This document shows, piece by piece, positions 53,917 to 64,000 of a stretch of DNA of 64,000 nt. The notes under the pieces were generated by a model. It was not told where the DNA came from and did no database searches. It was given only the letters and a program-made list of their open reading frames with translations. The position numbers and the translations under genes are program-made. Within the stretch, counting starts at the first letter, position 1; each line of letters begins with the position of its first letter. Source of the stretch: Candidatus Nomurabacteria bacterium (lineage in GTDB: Bacteria; Patescibacteriota; Minisyncoccia; Phycocordibacterales; UBA9973); NCBI GenBank assembly GCA_023898605.1, contig CP060230.1, forward strand, positions 321,304 to 385,303, given 5' to 3'.

Positions 53917-53935
53917 ACCGCTATGCGACGTCTCC
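53851..53935 (-). tRNA. tRNA-Ser (anticodon GGA), long variable arm
   Basis: Minus strand: acceptor GGAGACG/CGTCTCC, D-arm GCATAGCGGTCTAGTGC, anticodon stem-loop CCATC-TTGGAAA-GGTGG, variable arm, T-arm GAGGGTTCGAATCCCTC. Confidence 0.8.
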
Positions 53936-54110
53936 TAGTCCTGTCCCGAAGGACAGGACAGGCCAATTCTACCCAAAAGGTAGAAAAAACCCGGTATTCC
54001 CTACTATAAAATTTCGAAAATACCAATTTATACCCCACACATAAAAATATGATGGGGTAAAAAAGAACATTCGCACGATACTATACTAGAGTTCTAAATT
54101 ATTTGCAAAA

Positions 54111-54986
54111 TCACTTTCCTAGAAGTGCTTTTATCCTCGCCTCTACTGGTGGATGTGTTGCAAACAAACCTTTTATTTTTGATCCACCAAAAGGATTTGC
54201 GATAAACATATGAGCTGTTGCTTTGTGTGTGACCTTCATGGGACTACTATGCTGACTTATCTTCTGAAGTGCGTTTGCCAAACCTTCTGGATATCTGGTA
54301 AGCAACGCTCCAGATGCATCAGCAAGAAATTCTCTTTTTCTAGATATCGCTAATTGGACTAAAGTAGCAAATATAGGAGCAAGTATAGCTAGTACTATAC
54401 CGATCAGTACTAAGATGTTGCCCTTGCTGTTTCTATCACTTCCACCTCCATATATACGTGACCTTAAAAAAGCATCGGCTATAAGAGAGATAAATCCAGC
54501 CAGTACTACAGCCACAGTGGAAACCAAAATATCTTTGTTACCTATGTGAGAGAGTTCATGAGCAGCCACCCCTTCGAGTTCACTTCTGTCTAAAATAGAA
54601 AGTATTCCTGTAGTAAAAGCTATAGCAGCATGCTCTTTGTTTCTACCAGTAGCAAAAGCGTTGGGAACTGGGTCGTCGATGATGTATATTTTTGGTTTTG
54701 GTAAACCAGCTGTTATTGCTAGATTCTCTATAATATTATGCAGATCACGATACTGAACTTCGTCTGCCAGTCTAGCTCCAGAAACTCTAAGAGCTATGTT
54801 TGCACTATTCCAATATGAAAAAATATTCATAAATAAAGCAAAGATAAAAAATATATACAGTATAGAAGGGTCACCATATATTTGGGAAAAGACAAAACCG
54901 ATAGCTACCACAAGCACAAAAAAAGTACTCATGAGTAGCCATGTCTTTCTTATGTTTTTATCTTGTTGTGTATAGAGTGTGGCCAT
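54111..54986 (-). CDS. htpX: Zinc metalloprotease HtpX (M48 family)
   Basis: Start moved to the internal MATLYTQQD.... Contains HELSHIGNKD (HExxH) and 4 TM helices. Confidence 0.75.
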   Translation of the reverse strand: MATLYTQQDKNIRKTWLLMSTFFVLVVAIGFVFSQIYGDPSILYIFFIFALFMNIFSYWNSANIALRVSGARLADEVQYRDLHNIIENLAITAGLPKPKIYIIDDPVPNAFATGRNKEHAAIAFTTGILSILDRSELEGVAAHELSHIGNKDILVSTVAVVLAGFISLIADAFLRSRIYGGGSDRNSKGNILVLIGIVLAILAPIFATLVQLAISRKREFLADASGALLTRYPEGLANALQKISQHSSPMKVTHKATAHMFIANPFGGSKIKGLFATHPPVEARIKALLGK

Positions 54987-55132
54987 AGTATTATTCAAAA
55001 ATTTCTGTCCCGACAGATGGTAACTCCAAATCCGGTATATCCTTAGCAGCTTTGTTAATAGAATATGCAAAAAACACGAGTACAAAAAGTGATACAACTA
55101 TTAAAACATTCGTTAACCAATTCATGTATGTT

Positions 55133-55666
55133 TTATAAAAATCCAAAGTAGTCTAGATATTCTTGGTTTGTAGTAGATATGTCATACAAAAATCCGTCTA
55201 TCTCAATGATATAGTAATTACTTTCTCCGAATTCACCTGGTAATGTCCAATGTTCAAAAGTAAGATTACCGTTTGAAACTTCACCTATATATGTACGAGA
55301 AGATATAAGTGTTCTCCACTCAGAAGGGTTCCCTGGTATAGTTATAAGCATCTTCTCACTATTCTCATAAATAATTTCATATGACACGGCGGCGTACTTC
55401 CCTGTAGACATTTCTCTTTTTGTAACAGAAATATTGGGTGTATCAACATAAAAACCGTATTCTGAGTTTTCGTATTCCATAGGATGTTCTCCTAAAAAAC
55501 TATCTGAAGCATCTTCGCCTTCTGGCAAATTATATACCGTCTTTTCTTCTTCTAAATTATTTACAATATCGTTTTTAAATAATCTGCAAATATATATACC
55601 TAAAAACACAAAGAATAGTACAAATATAATTAATAATATTTTTTTTGTTTTATTATCCATATACAA
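55133..55666 (-). CDS. Hypothetical secreted protein
   Basis: 177 aa with an N-terminal signal anchor. Confidence 0.4.
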   Translation of the reverse strand: MYMDNKTKKILLIIFVLFFVFLGIYICRLFKNDIVNNLEEEKTVYNLPEGEDASDSFLGEHPMEYENSEYGFYVDTPNISVTKREMSTGKYAAVSYEIIYENSEKMLITIPGNPSEWRTLISSRTYIGEVSNGNLTFEHWTLPGEFGESNYYIIEIDGFLYDISTTNQEYLDYFGFL

Positions 55667-55683
55667 TTAATCTATCCAATAAT

Positions 55684-56241
55684 TTAAAATTTTACTTCTA
55701 CCGGCTGGTTTTCTACTCCATCGTCTGGAATATCAAAGAATTCCATTTTTTTAAAATGAAATATACCTGCAAAAACATTTCCTGGAAACATTTCTATTTT
55801 TGTATTTAGATCACGAACGTTTGTGTTATAGAATCTTCTAGCTGACTGAATCTTGTTCTCTGTGTCAGAAAGTTCACGCTGAAGTTCCAAAAAGTTTGTG
55901 TTGGCTTTTAGTTCTGGGTACGCTTCTGCGATACCAAAAATTCCAGTTATGGCTTGCCCTAGAGCAGCTTCTGTTTTTGCATGTTCGCCTGCTGATCTTG
56001 CACTCATGGCACTAGCTCTAGCTTCTGTAACTTTTTCAAAAGCAGTAGATTCATGAGTAGCGTAACCTTTTACAGTATTTACAAGGTTTGGGATTAGGTC
56101 ATAACGACGCTTTAGCTGGACCTCTATATCTGCCCAAGCCTCCTTGGTTCTGTTTATAAGACGTATAAATCCGTTGTACATACCGATAAAAGTACCGATT
56201 AGCACAACAAGTATGATTAGTGTTATTCCTCCAATTGACAT
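55684..56241 (-). CDS. lemA: LemA-family protein
   Basis: An N-terminal TM helix followed by ...EAWADIEVQLKRRYDLIPNLV...; 185 aa. Confidence 0.75.
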   Translation of the reverse strand: MSIGGITLIILVVLIGTFIGMYNGFIRLINRTKEAWADIEVQLKRRYDLIPNLVNTVKGYATHESTAFEKVTEARASAMSARSAGEHAKTEAALGQAITGIFGIAEAYPELKANTNFLELQRELSDTENKIQSARRFYNTNVRDLNTKIEMFPGNVFAGIFHFKKMEFFDIPDDGVENQPVEVKF

Positions 56242-56582
56242 ATATAAGTGTTACTCCTAAGAGTAAAGTGAGTTAATTACCGACTGATATCAATTATAAC
56301 AAAAAATCGACCCAAAAACCACGAGATTTTTTCTCCTTGACGAGGATTGATGCTGTGATATAAATAAGAAAAATCGCTAGAAAATGGATAAACAAAGGTG
56401 GATTGGTGTTTACATCAACCACAAAAAAGACACCGCTTATCTACGGAGCGGAGAAGACCCTTTTGATCTTCTCCAGAGGCTCACAATTGGCAAAAAAATA
56501 CTCGGGATAACCACAATAAACAAAAGAAGACGAAAAAGACTTCATGATTTGTTGAGGTATCTCAAAGAGATAAGTGAGTAAC

Positions 56583-56612
56583 AAAAAACCCTCCAAGTGG
56601 AGGGTTTTTTTT
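56583..56612. terminator. Rho-independent terminator
   Basis: AAAAAACCCTCCAAGTGGAGGGTTTTTTTT. Confidence 0.5.
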
Positions 56613-56731
56613 ATTTGTTCTTTGCGTTTTTGGCAAACACGACAAGTAGTGGTGATGCAATAAATATAGAAGACCCCAGAACAAAAGAACCGCATGAATT
56701 CATGCGGTTCTTTGTACGGGGCGAGAAGTGA

Positions 56732-57640
56732 TTATTTTTTTATCCTTCCAATTCTTTCCAATGTAACCAATAATGGACTTGCGATAAATATTGAAGAGAA
56801 AGTACCAACTATCATACCAACCATCATGGTCATAGAGAATACTTTTGTAGTTTCTGGACCAAACAGTACGAGTGCAAGAAGAACAAGTACAACAGTAAGA
56901 GATGTACTTATAGATCTTGTGATTGTTTCTTTGATACTTACTCCGACAACTTCGTCAAACTTCTTTGGGAAGTTATTTTGTTCGTTGATAAGCAGGTTCT
57001 CTCTTATCCTGTCGAAGACAACAATAGTGTCGTTTACCGATACACCGAGTACAGTTAGAAGAGCCACAACAAATAGTGTGTTTATCTCGGCTCCGGAGAA
57101 CATAGAAAGTAAGACGTAAAATCCAGAAGTTATAATAACGTCATGAAGAAGAGTTATAACAGCAACAACTCCATATTTCCAAGATGAAACTGGTTTTGAA
57201 ACTTTTCGGAAAACATAAGCGATAAATATAATTATTGCTATAACTACAAGTATAAGTGAGTATATAGACTTGGTTTTGAGTTCTTTACCAATACTAGGGC
57301 CTATTGTTGTAAAACTCTCTAGTACAACTTCCCCATCATAAGAAGAAGCTATAGCGTCTAGAAGCTCTCCCTTTTGGTTTTCGTTTAGAGTATTTGTCTT
57401 GATAGAAACGAAGTCGCCTTGTTTTTGAACAAGAGATGAATCTACAAAATCTAGACCAGAAACAACATCTGAAACTACTAGATAGTCTAGTGGTGCGCTG
57501 TTCCCAGAAATAAGAGCCTGTGATCCACCGGCAAACTCAATACTTTTTGGTATTGGTTTTAGGAAAAATCCAACGATAGAAAGTACAACAAGTGCTATCG
57601 AGATAGAAAAGTATATTTTTTTGTTTTTGATTATATTCAT
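56732..57640 (-). CDS. secF: Protein-export membrane protein SecF
   Basis: 302 aa with 6 TM helices and SecD/F family sequence features. Confidence 0.85.
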   Translation of the reverse strand: MNIIKNKKIYFSISIALVVLSIVGFFLKPIPKSIEFAGGSQALISGNSAPLDYLVVSDVVSGLDFVDSSLVQKQGDFVSIKTNTLNENQKGELLDAIASSYDGEVVLESFTTIGPSIGKELKTKSIYSLILVVIAIIIFIAYVFRKVSKPVSSWKYGVVAVITLLHDVIITSGFYVLLSMFSGAEINTLFVVALLTVLGVSVNDTIVVFDRIRENLLINEQNNFPKKFDEVVGVSIKETITRSISTSLTVVLVLLALVLFGPETTKVFSMTMMVGMIVGTFSSIFIASPLLVTLERIGRIKK

Positions 57641-57644
57641 AGGT

Positions 57645-58949
57645 CTAGTTTTTCTTGTGGCTAAATTTTAAGAATCTCGAACCAAGCTTCTCACTCATTG
57701 CGAAAGAAAGTAGGAAGTGTCTTGTGATAGTTATAGCGGTAAGCATAGATACAAGCACACCTATTCCAAATGTAAGAGCAAATCCCTTGATAACAGAAGT
57801 ACCGAACCAGAAAAGAATTGCAGTAGAGATTATAGTTGAAACGTTTGAGTCTCTTATAGATGTCCATGCTCTCTTGAATCCTTCTTCTAGAGCATCCTTT
57901 GGATTGGATCCTTTCTTGAGCTCCTCTTTTGTTCTTTCAAATATAAGTACATTGGCGTCGACTGCAAGACCTATAGATATAATAAATCCGGCAATACCAG
58001 CAGCTGAAAGTGTAACTGGCATGTACTTAAATATAAACATCATGATAGCTGTATATATGATAAGCGAGATAGAAGCCACTGCTCCAGGAAGTCTGTAGTA
58101 GAAAACGAAGAATAGTGTTATCGCGAGTATTCCAAGTAATCCTGAAAATAGTCCTTGATCAACTGCATCACTTCCTAGGCTTGGACCTATTGTTTCTGTA
58201 GAAACAAGTTCTATAGGTATAGGTAGCGCACCAGCGTTTAGTCTAGAAACAAGTTCTTTTGCTTCTTCCCCAGTAAAGTTTCCAGATATTTCTGCTTGTC
58301 CGCCAGAAATGGCATCTCTTATAACAGGACTAGATACAATATCTCCATCTAGAAAAATAGCCAATGTTTTGCCAATATTGTCTTTTGTGATTTCGTAAAA
58401 TAGTTCACTACCTTCAGAATCAAACTGTAGTCCAACGATGTATCCGTTTAGATTATTGCTATCGAAAAGTAGATTTGATCTCTTCAAGTATCGCCCAGTT
58501 AGTTCAGTTCTCTCATAGTAGTCATCCCAATCTATATTTTCTAGATCCACATCTTCTACATTTAGATTTTCAAAAGCTCCTTCTTTTTCTAGTCGGAACT
58601 CAAGTAGAGGAGTTTCTCCTATTGCCTTTATCGCTTCATCTATATCTGTAACACCGGGCAAGTCTATAGCTATTCTATTTTCATCATTTATACCTTTTGT
58701 TACGTGAACAGTTGGTTCTTTGACACCAAGAACGTTGATTCTTTTTTCTAGCAAATCTCTCAATACAGAAAGTTGGTCATCTATGTCTTGATTCCCTTCT
58801 ATCGAAGAAGTGTCAGCTTGATAAAGAAGGTGTGATCCACCCTTGAGATCAAGTCCAAACGTATAGTCTCTACTCCCTGAAAAAGCCAAAAAGCCGAGAA
58901 ATCCCGACAAAACAAGCACTAACAAAGATATTATGATGTGTTTCTTCAT
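57645..58949 (-). CDS. secD: Protein-export membrane protein SecD
   Basis: 434 aa with a periplasmic domain followed by 6 TM helices. Confidence 0.85.
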   Translation of the reverse strand: MKKHIIISLLVLVLSGFLGFLAFSGSRDYTFGLDLKGGSHLLYQADTSSIEGNQDIDDQLSVLRDLLEKRINVLGVKEPTVHVTKGINDENRIAIDLPGVTDIDEAIKAIGETPLLEFRLEKEGAFENLNVEDVDLENIDWDDYYERTELTGRYLKRSNLLFDSNNLNGYIVGLQFDSEGSELFYEITKDNIGKTLAIFLDGDIVSSPVIRDAISGGQAEISGNFTGEEAKELVSRLNAGALPIPIELVSTETIGPSLGSDAVDQGLFSGLLGILAITLFFVFYYRLPGAVASISLIIYTAIMMFIFKYMPVTLSAAGIAGFIISIGLAVDANVLIFERTKEELKKGSNPKDALEEGFKRAWTSIRDSNVSTIISTAILFWFGTSVIKGFALTFGIGVLVSMLTAITITRHFLLSFAMSEKLGSRFLKFSHKKN

Positions 58950-58960
58950 AGGAAATGATA

Positions 58961-59647
58961 TTACTCCTTATTTGCCCTTTTTGCAATAAAGATTTTGTCT
59001 ATAAAATGATAAGTATATTTTGCAATTAAAATACCCCAAATAGAACCAATTACTACGTCTGAAACAAAGTGAACCCCAGAGACAACCCTAAACAAAGAGA
59101 TCAAAATAGCTAGTACAAAATAAAATCTAGAATACTTGGGATAAAATTTGCTCATCATAAACGCCATAGCAAAGAAAAATACAGCGTGTCCAGAAGGAAA
59201 AGATCCTGAACCTATTTTATCTATAATTGGCTCTATGTTTTGGTTTTGGACAAATGGTCTTTCTCTTAGAAAAGAGATCTTGAGAATTAGCGAACTTGTC
59301 CATGCAAAAAGTGAAACAAATATAATAGAGTATGTTGCTTCTATATCTCTTCGTAGTTTTTTCAAGTTAGAAGATAGAGACTCTCCTTCTTCTTTAAGAA
59401 TTTGATTTATATCCTTTTTTCCAAACAAAGAAAAGAAAAACTTTTTTATATCGAAAGAAAAAATACTTATTCCCATGAAGTTCGTAGCAAAGAAGTCTCG
59501 TATTATGTTCCTTATAAGTAACAACAATGTCACAACTATAATTATCGTTCCTAAATCTCGCGCCAAAAAAACAGCCATGGCACGAGAAAAATCAGTAGAA
59601 AAAACACTTTGGAGATTTATTATTATGTCATTTTCTATGTTTCCCAT
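58961..59647 (-). CDS. PAP2-family phosphatase (undecaprenyl-diphosphatase-like)
   Basis: KxxxxxxRP...PSGH...SRxxxxxHxxxD pattern (ERPF...PSGHAVFFF...SGVHFVSDV). Confidence 0.6.
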   Translation of the reverse strand: MGNIENDIIINLQSVFSTDFSRAMAVFLARDLGTIIIVVTLLLLIRNIIRDFFATNFMGISIFSFDIKKFFFSLFGKKDINQILKEEGESLSSNLKKLRRDIEATYSIIFVSLFAWTSSLILKISFLRERPFVQNQNIEPIIDKIGSGSFPSGHAVFFFAMAFMMSKFYPKYSRFYFVLAILISLFRVVSGVHFVSDVVIGSIWGILIAKYTYHFIDKIFIAKRANKE

Positions 59648-59649
59648 AA

Positions 59650-60777
59650 TTAAACTATACCCTCAATTTCTTGTGAGATTTCTGAACGATGAGAGGGTCT
59701 CTTGTATCGCCCCATAGCCAAAACTATACCAAGTAAAATAGATTCAACCAAAATATGTGATCCACCGTAACTCATAAAAGGCAGTGGAATTCCCGTTACA
59801 GGCATAACTCCGAGGTTCATACCTATGTTTACCAAAATGTGTGAGAAGAAAAGTATGGCGACACCACTACAGAAAAGTATCTCAAAATTCGTCTCCCCTT
59901 TTTCTGCCGTATTTATGATCCGCCACAACAAAAGGAAAAAGAAGAAAAGCAAAACCATTACCCCAACAAAACCCCACTCTTCCGAAAATGCCGCAAAAAC
60001 AAAGTCTGTTTCGTATTCTGGCAAAAACTCTAGTCTAGACTGTGTACCGAAACCAAAACCTTTACCCAAAAACTGACCCGAACCGACTGCGATTATAGAT
60101 TGGTATGTGTTATAACCTGCACCCTGAAGATCAGATAGAGGGTTTATAAAAGTAGAAAGCCTTTCTTTTTGATATGGTTGAAAAACAAAAAACCACATAA
60201 CTATAAATGCTGCGAGACAAATTCCGCCAAGTATAGAAAGGTGTTTTCTTGATATACCAGCGACTAGTGCCATACCAGCCCAGATGAAAAACAGTACCAT
60301 AGCAGAACCGAAATCAGGCTGAAGGAATATAAGTCCAAACGGAACTGCCATATATATAAGAGAGATAAATATATGTTTTAGTCTCTTTATTTCTATGTGT
60401 CTTCTAGAAAAATACTTAGAGAGTATGAGTATAAGTGCAAGTTTCGCCAAGTCAGATGGCTGAAAAGATAAAAATCCAAAATCAAACCAGCTCTTTGACC
60501 CCTTTACTGTTGAACCGAAAATCAAAACTCCCACAAGAAGAAACATAGCGATTCCATATACAGTCAAAACAACTCCAGATCTTTTCAAGAAACGCGTATC
60601 GATAAGTGACACAAGGAACGCAATAGATAGTCCTAGAAAAACCCACATAAGTTGTCTTCCGAAAAAATCTGCCTCCCCTCTTATGGAGTGAAGAACGGAA
60701 AGACTAGAAACCATTATCGGAATAACAGACAAAAAAAGGTATATATCAAAATTTTTCTTAGTTTCTCTAAATGTCAT
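59650..60777 (-). CDS. SEDS-family peptidoglycan glycosyltransferase (RodA/FtsW)
   Basis: 375 aa with 10 TM helices and typical FtsW/RodA loops. Confidence 0.8.
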   Translation of the reverse strand: MTFRETKKNFDIYLFLSVIPIMVSSLSVLHSIRGEADFFGRQLMWVFLGLSIAFLVSLIDTRFLKRSGVVLTVYGIAMFLLVGVLIFGSTVKGSKSWFDFGFLSFQPSDLAKLALILILSKYFSRRHIEIKRLKHIFISLIYMAVPFGLIFLQPDFGSAMVLFFIWAGMALVAGISRKHLSILGGICLAAFIVMWFFVFQPYQKERLSTFINPLSDLQGAGYNTYQSIIAVGSGQFLGKGFGFGTQSRLEFLPEYETDFVFAAFSEEWGFVGVMVLLFFFFLLLWRIINTAEKGETNFEILFCSGVAILFFSHILVNIGMNLGVMPVTGIPLPFMSYGGSHILVESILLGIVLAMGRYKRPSHRSEISQEIEGIV

Positions 60778-60778
60778 T

Positions 60779-61570
60779 TTACTGTGAGTAGTAATACAAG
60801 CTCTCGTCGTACAGAGTATAAATCTCGATTCTAGGTGAAACTACATCGATAGGGTTTTGCCAAGAAAAATATATTTTTCTAGAACCAAAACCTTCTATTG
60901 GGTCAGAGTATGTAGAAGACGCCGCAAGAGCGTTTCCATTTTCATCAAACAAAACTGCAACAAACTTTGTTCTAGGAAGTGTCTCTGCTTTCTGGTTTGT
61001 AACAGTTGCCTCGACTCTCGGTCTTGTGGTTAGATCATAAACTCTTTCGTTATCTATTCTAGTTATAGAAACAAGTGATCCTGGATCTACAATCTTTATC
61101 CAACTAGCAGAGTCGAGCCAGTCAAAAGTCGCGCTTTTTGGTATAGAGTTTCCCGTAGCTATTCCTCCTTCAAAAATAGCGATCTCGGAGTTTGGTGGAA
61201 GGTGTGTGTAACCTTGAACTCGTGTTATGAAAAGATTGTCTTTATCATAAAGTCTAAACTCATAAGGTCTAGAATATCCATAAAGATCCAAGTTTGGATT
61301 CTCAACAAGCGCAGCCACACTATAAACTCCAGGCGCTACTTCAAAAAATCTTGTCCAATAAACTTTTGCAGGAGGAACGAGCTCTTCACACATAAGTCTA
61401 CAAGAACCACCGCAGTCTACTCCTTGTTCTCCGCCATTTTTTATACCGTCAGAACATGTAGGCTCTTTTGAAATCCTGGGCCATGCACTCAAAAAAACAA
61501 AAATGCCAAAAACCATAATTATAAGAAAAAGTATAAGTAGTTGCCTCTTGGCAGCCCAAGCTCTAGCCAT
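60779..61570 (-). CDS. Hypothetical membrane-anchored or secreted protein
   Basis: 263 aa with an N-terminal TM anchor. Confidence 0.4.
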   Translation of the reverse strand: MARAWAAKRQLLILFLIIMVFGIFVFLSAWPRISKEPTCSDGIKNGGEQGVDCGGSCRLMCEELVPPAKVYWTRFFEVAPGVYSVAALVENPNLDLYGYSRPYEFRLYDKDNLFITRVQGYTHLPPNSEIAIFEGGIATGNSIPKSATFDWLDSASWIKIVDPGSLVSITRIDNERVYDLTTRPRVEATVTNQKAETLPRTKFVAVLFDENGNALAASSTYSDPIEGFGSRKIYFSWQNPIDVVSPRIEIYTLYDESLYYYSQ

Positions 61571-61652
61571 AGTAAACTTTATTATAGCATGAAAAAAACC
61601 GTTTTAGATAAACAAAAAACCCTTTAATCTAGAGACTATTCTAAAAAACTTT

Positions 61653-61705
61653 GTGCTGGCGACAACCTACTTTTCCCTAAAAGAGTATCATCGGCTCAAC
61701 AAGGC
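61653..61705 (-). pseudogene. Partial 5S rRNA copy (3' half only), downstream of the intact 5S
   Basis: A 53-nt stretch identical to the 3' half of the intact 5S, after which the sequence diverges. Confidence 0.6.
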
Positions 61706-61764
61706 CCATCCAAACTATGTTTGAATGGGTAAACTTAACCCCGAACGAAAAAATTCATTACTTA

Positions 61765-61874
61765 GTGCTGGCGACAACCTACTTTTCCCTAAAAGAGTAT
61801 CATCGGCTCAACAAGGCTTAACTTCTCTGTTCGAAATGGGAAGAGGTGTGACCCTTGTGACAAATCACCAACAC
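61765..61874 (-). rRNA. rrf: 5S rRNA
   Basis: Minus strand GUGUUGGUGAUUUGUCACAAGGGUCACACC...CCGAUGAUACUC...GGUUGUCGCCAGCAC. Helix I ends pair, and the order of conserved segments matches bacterial 5S. Confidence 0.75.
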
Positions 61875-61918
61875 TAAATAATGAATCTAAAATAAAATGG
61901 ATTTTTCGTTCGGGGCAT

Positions 61919-61992
61919 GCTTCTCTCTTGAAATAAGAGGTGCTGCGTCCCGTACTGAGCTTTGCTCTAGTATGGGATGACCCTTGTGACAA
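61919..61992 (-). pseudogene. Partial 5S rRNA-like copy (5' portion), between the 23S and the intact 5S
   Basis: Begins with the same 26 nt as the intact 5S (GUGUUGGUGAUUUGUCACAAGGGUCA), then is divergent but alignable. Confidence 0.5.
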
Positions 61993-62089
61993 ATCACCAA
62001 CACAAAACTTTCTAAAATCTAATCTCTAGATTAAAAGGTTTGTGTTTTTTGCTTTTGTTTTTGGTAAAAATCGTAAAATTATTTCATCT

Positions 62090-64000
<1,911 letters not shown>

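Noticed and set aside
56384-56581. 65-aa plus-strand ORF (MDKQRWIGVYINHKKD...) followed by a terminator
   Set aside because: The basic, low-complexity C-terminus and lack of motif give insufficient evidence. It could be real but is not supported strongly enough to list.

Overview
AT-rich bacterial chromosomal window, roughly mid-30s % GC judged by eye. The small proteins, weak Shine-Dalgarno usage, tRNA genes without encoded CCA, a complete type IV pilus locus with no secretin, and several small GIY-YIG proteins suggest a Patescibacteria/CPR-like or other reduced monoderm organism; that placement is inference.

Content, left to right:
- A typA fragment.
- A tRNA cluster: Thr-GGT, Met-CAT, Asp-GTC, a truncated tRNA(CAT)-like copy, and an intact tRNA(CAT).
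- gatA and gatC, then ligA.
- A 12-kb minus-strand type IV pilus locus: pilM-N-O-(P-like)-B-T-C, three tandem pilins, pilD and three to four minor pilins. comFC is adjacent.
- tRNA-Ser(GCT), followed by a repeat-bounded 1.3-kb cassette carrying an SDR gene.
- An APH-like kinase plus sugar nucleotidyltransferase cluster that resembles AmgK/MurU.
- A receiver-domain protein, recG, an aromatic amino-acid hydroxylase homolog, tRNA-Ile(TAT), and ftsH.
- smpB and a candidate tmRNA flanked by two tandem-repeat arrays and two small GIY-YIG genes.
- infC-rpmI-rplT, a beta-CASP RNase, ndk, a large HerA/VirD4-like ATPase, msrB and ndh.
- A roughly 5-kb island inserted at the 3' end of tRNA-Ser(GGA), carrying a large serine recombinase.
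- htpX, lemA, secDF, rodA/ftsW, one full 5S rRNA flanked by 5S fragments, and the 3' two-thirds of a 23S rRNA on the minus strand.

Most novel observations:
- The tRNA-Ser island carries four junctions built on a shared TGCGG core. Their arms combine in the pattern attB / attL / inverted attP / attR.
- The island contains nested 203-bp and 120-bp inverted repeats and an unannotated 464-aa cargo protein.
- A roughly 200-nt repeat family is present in at least four copies and shows compensatory changes in two hairpins.
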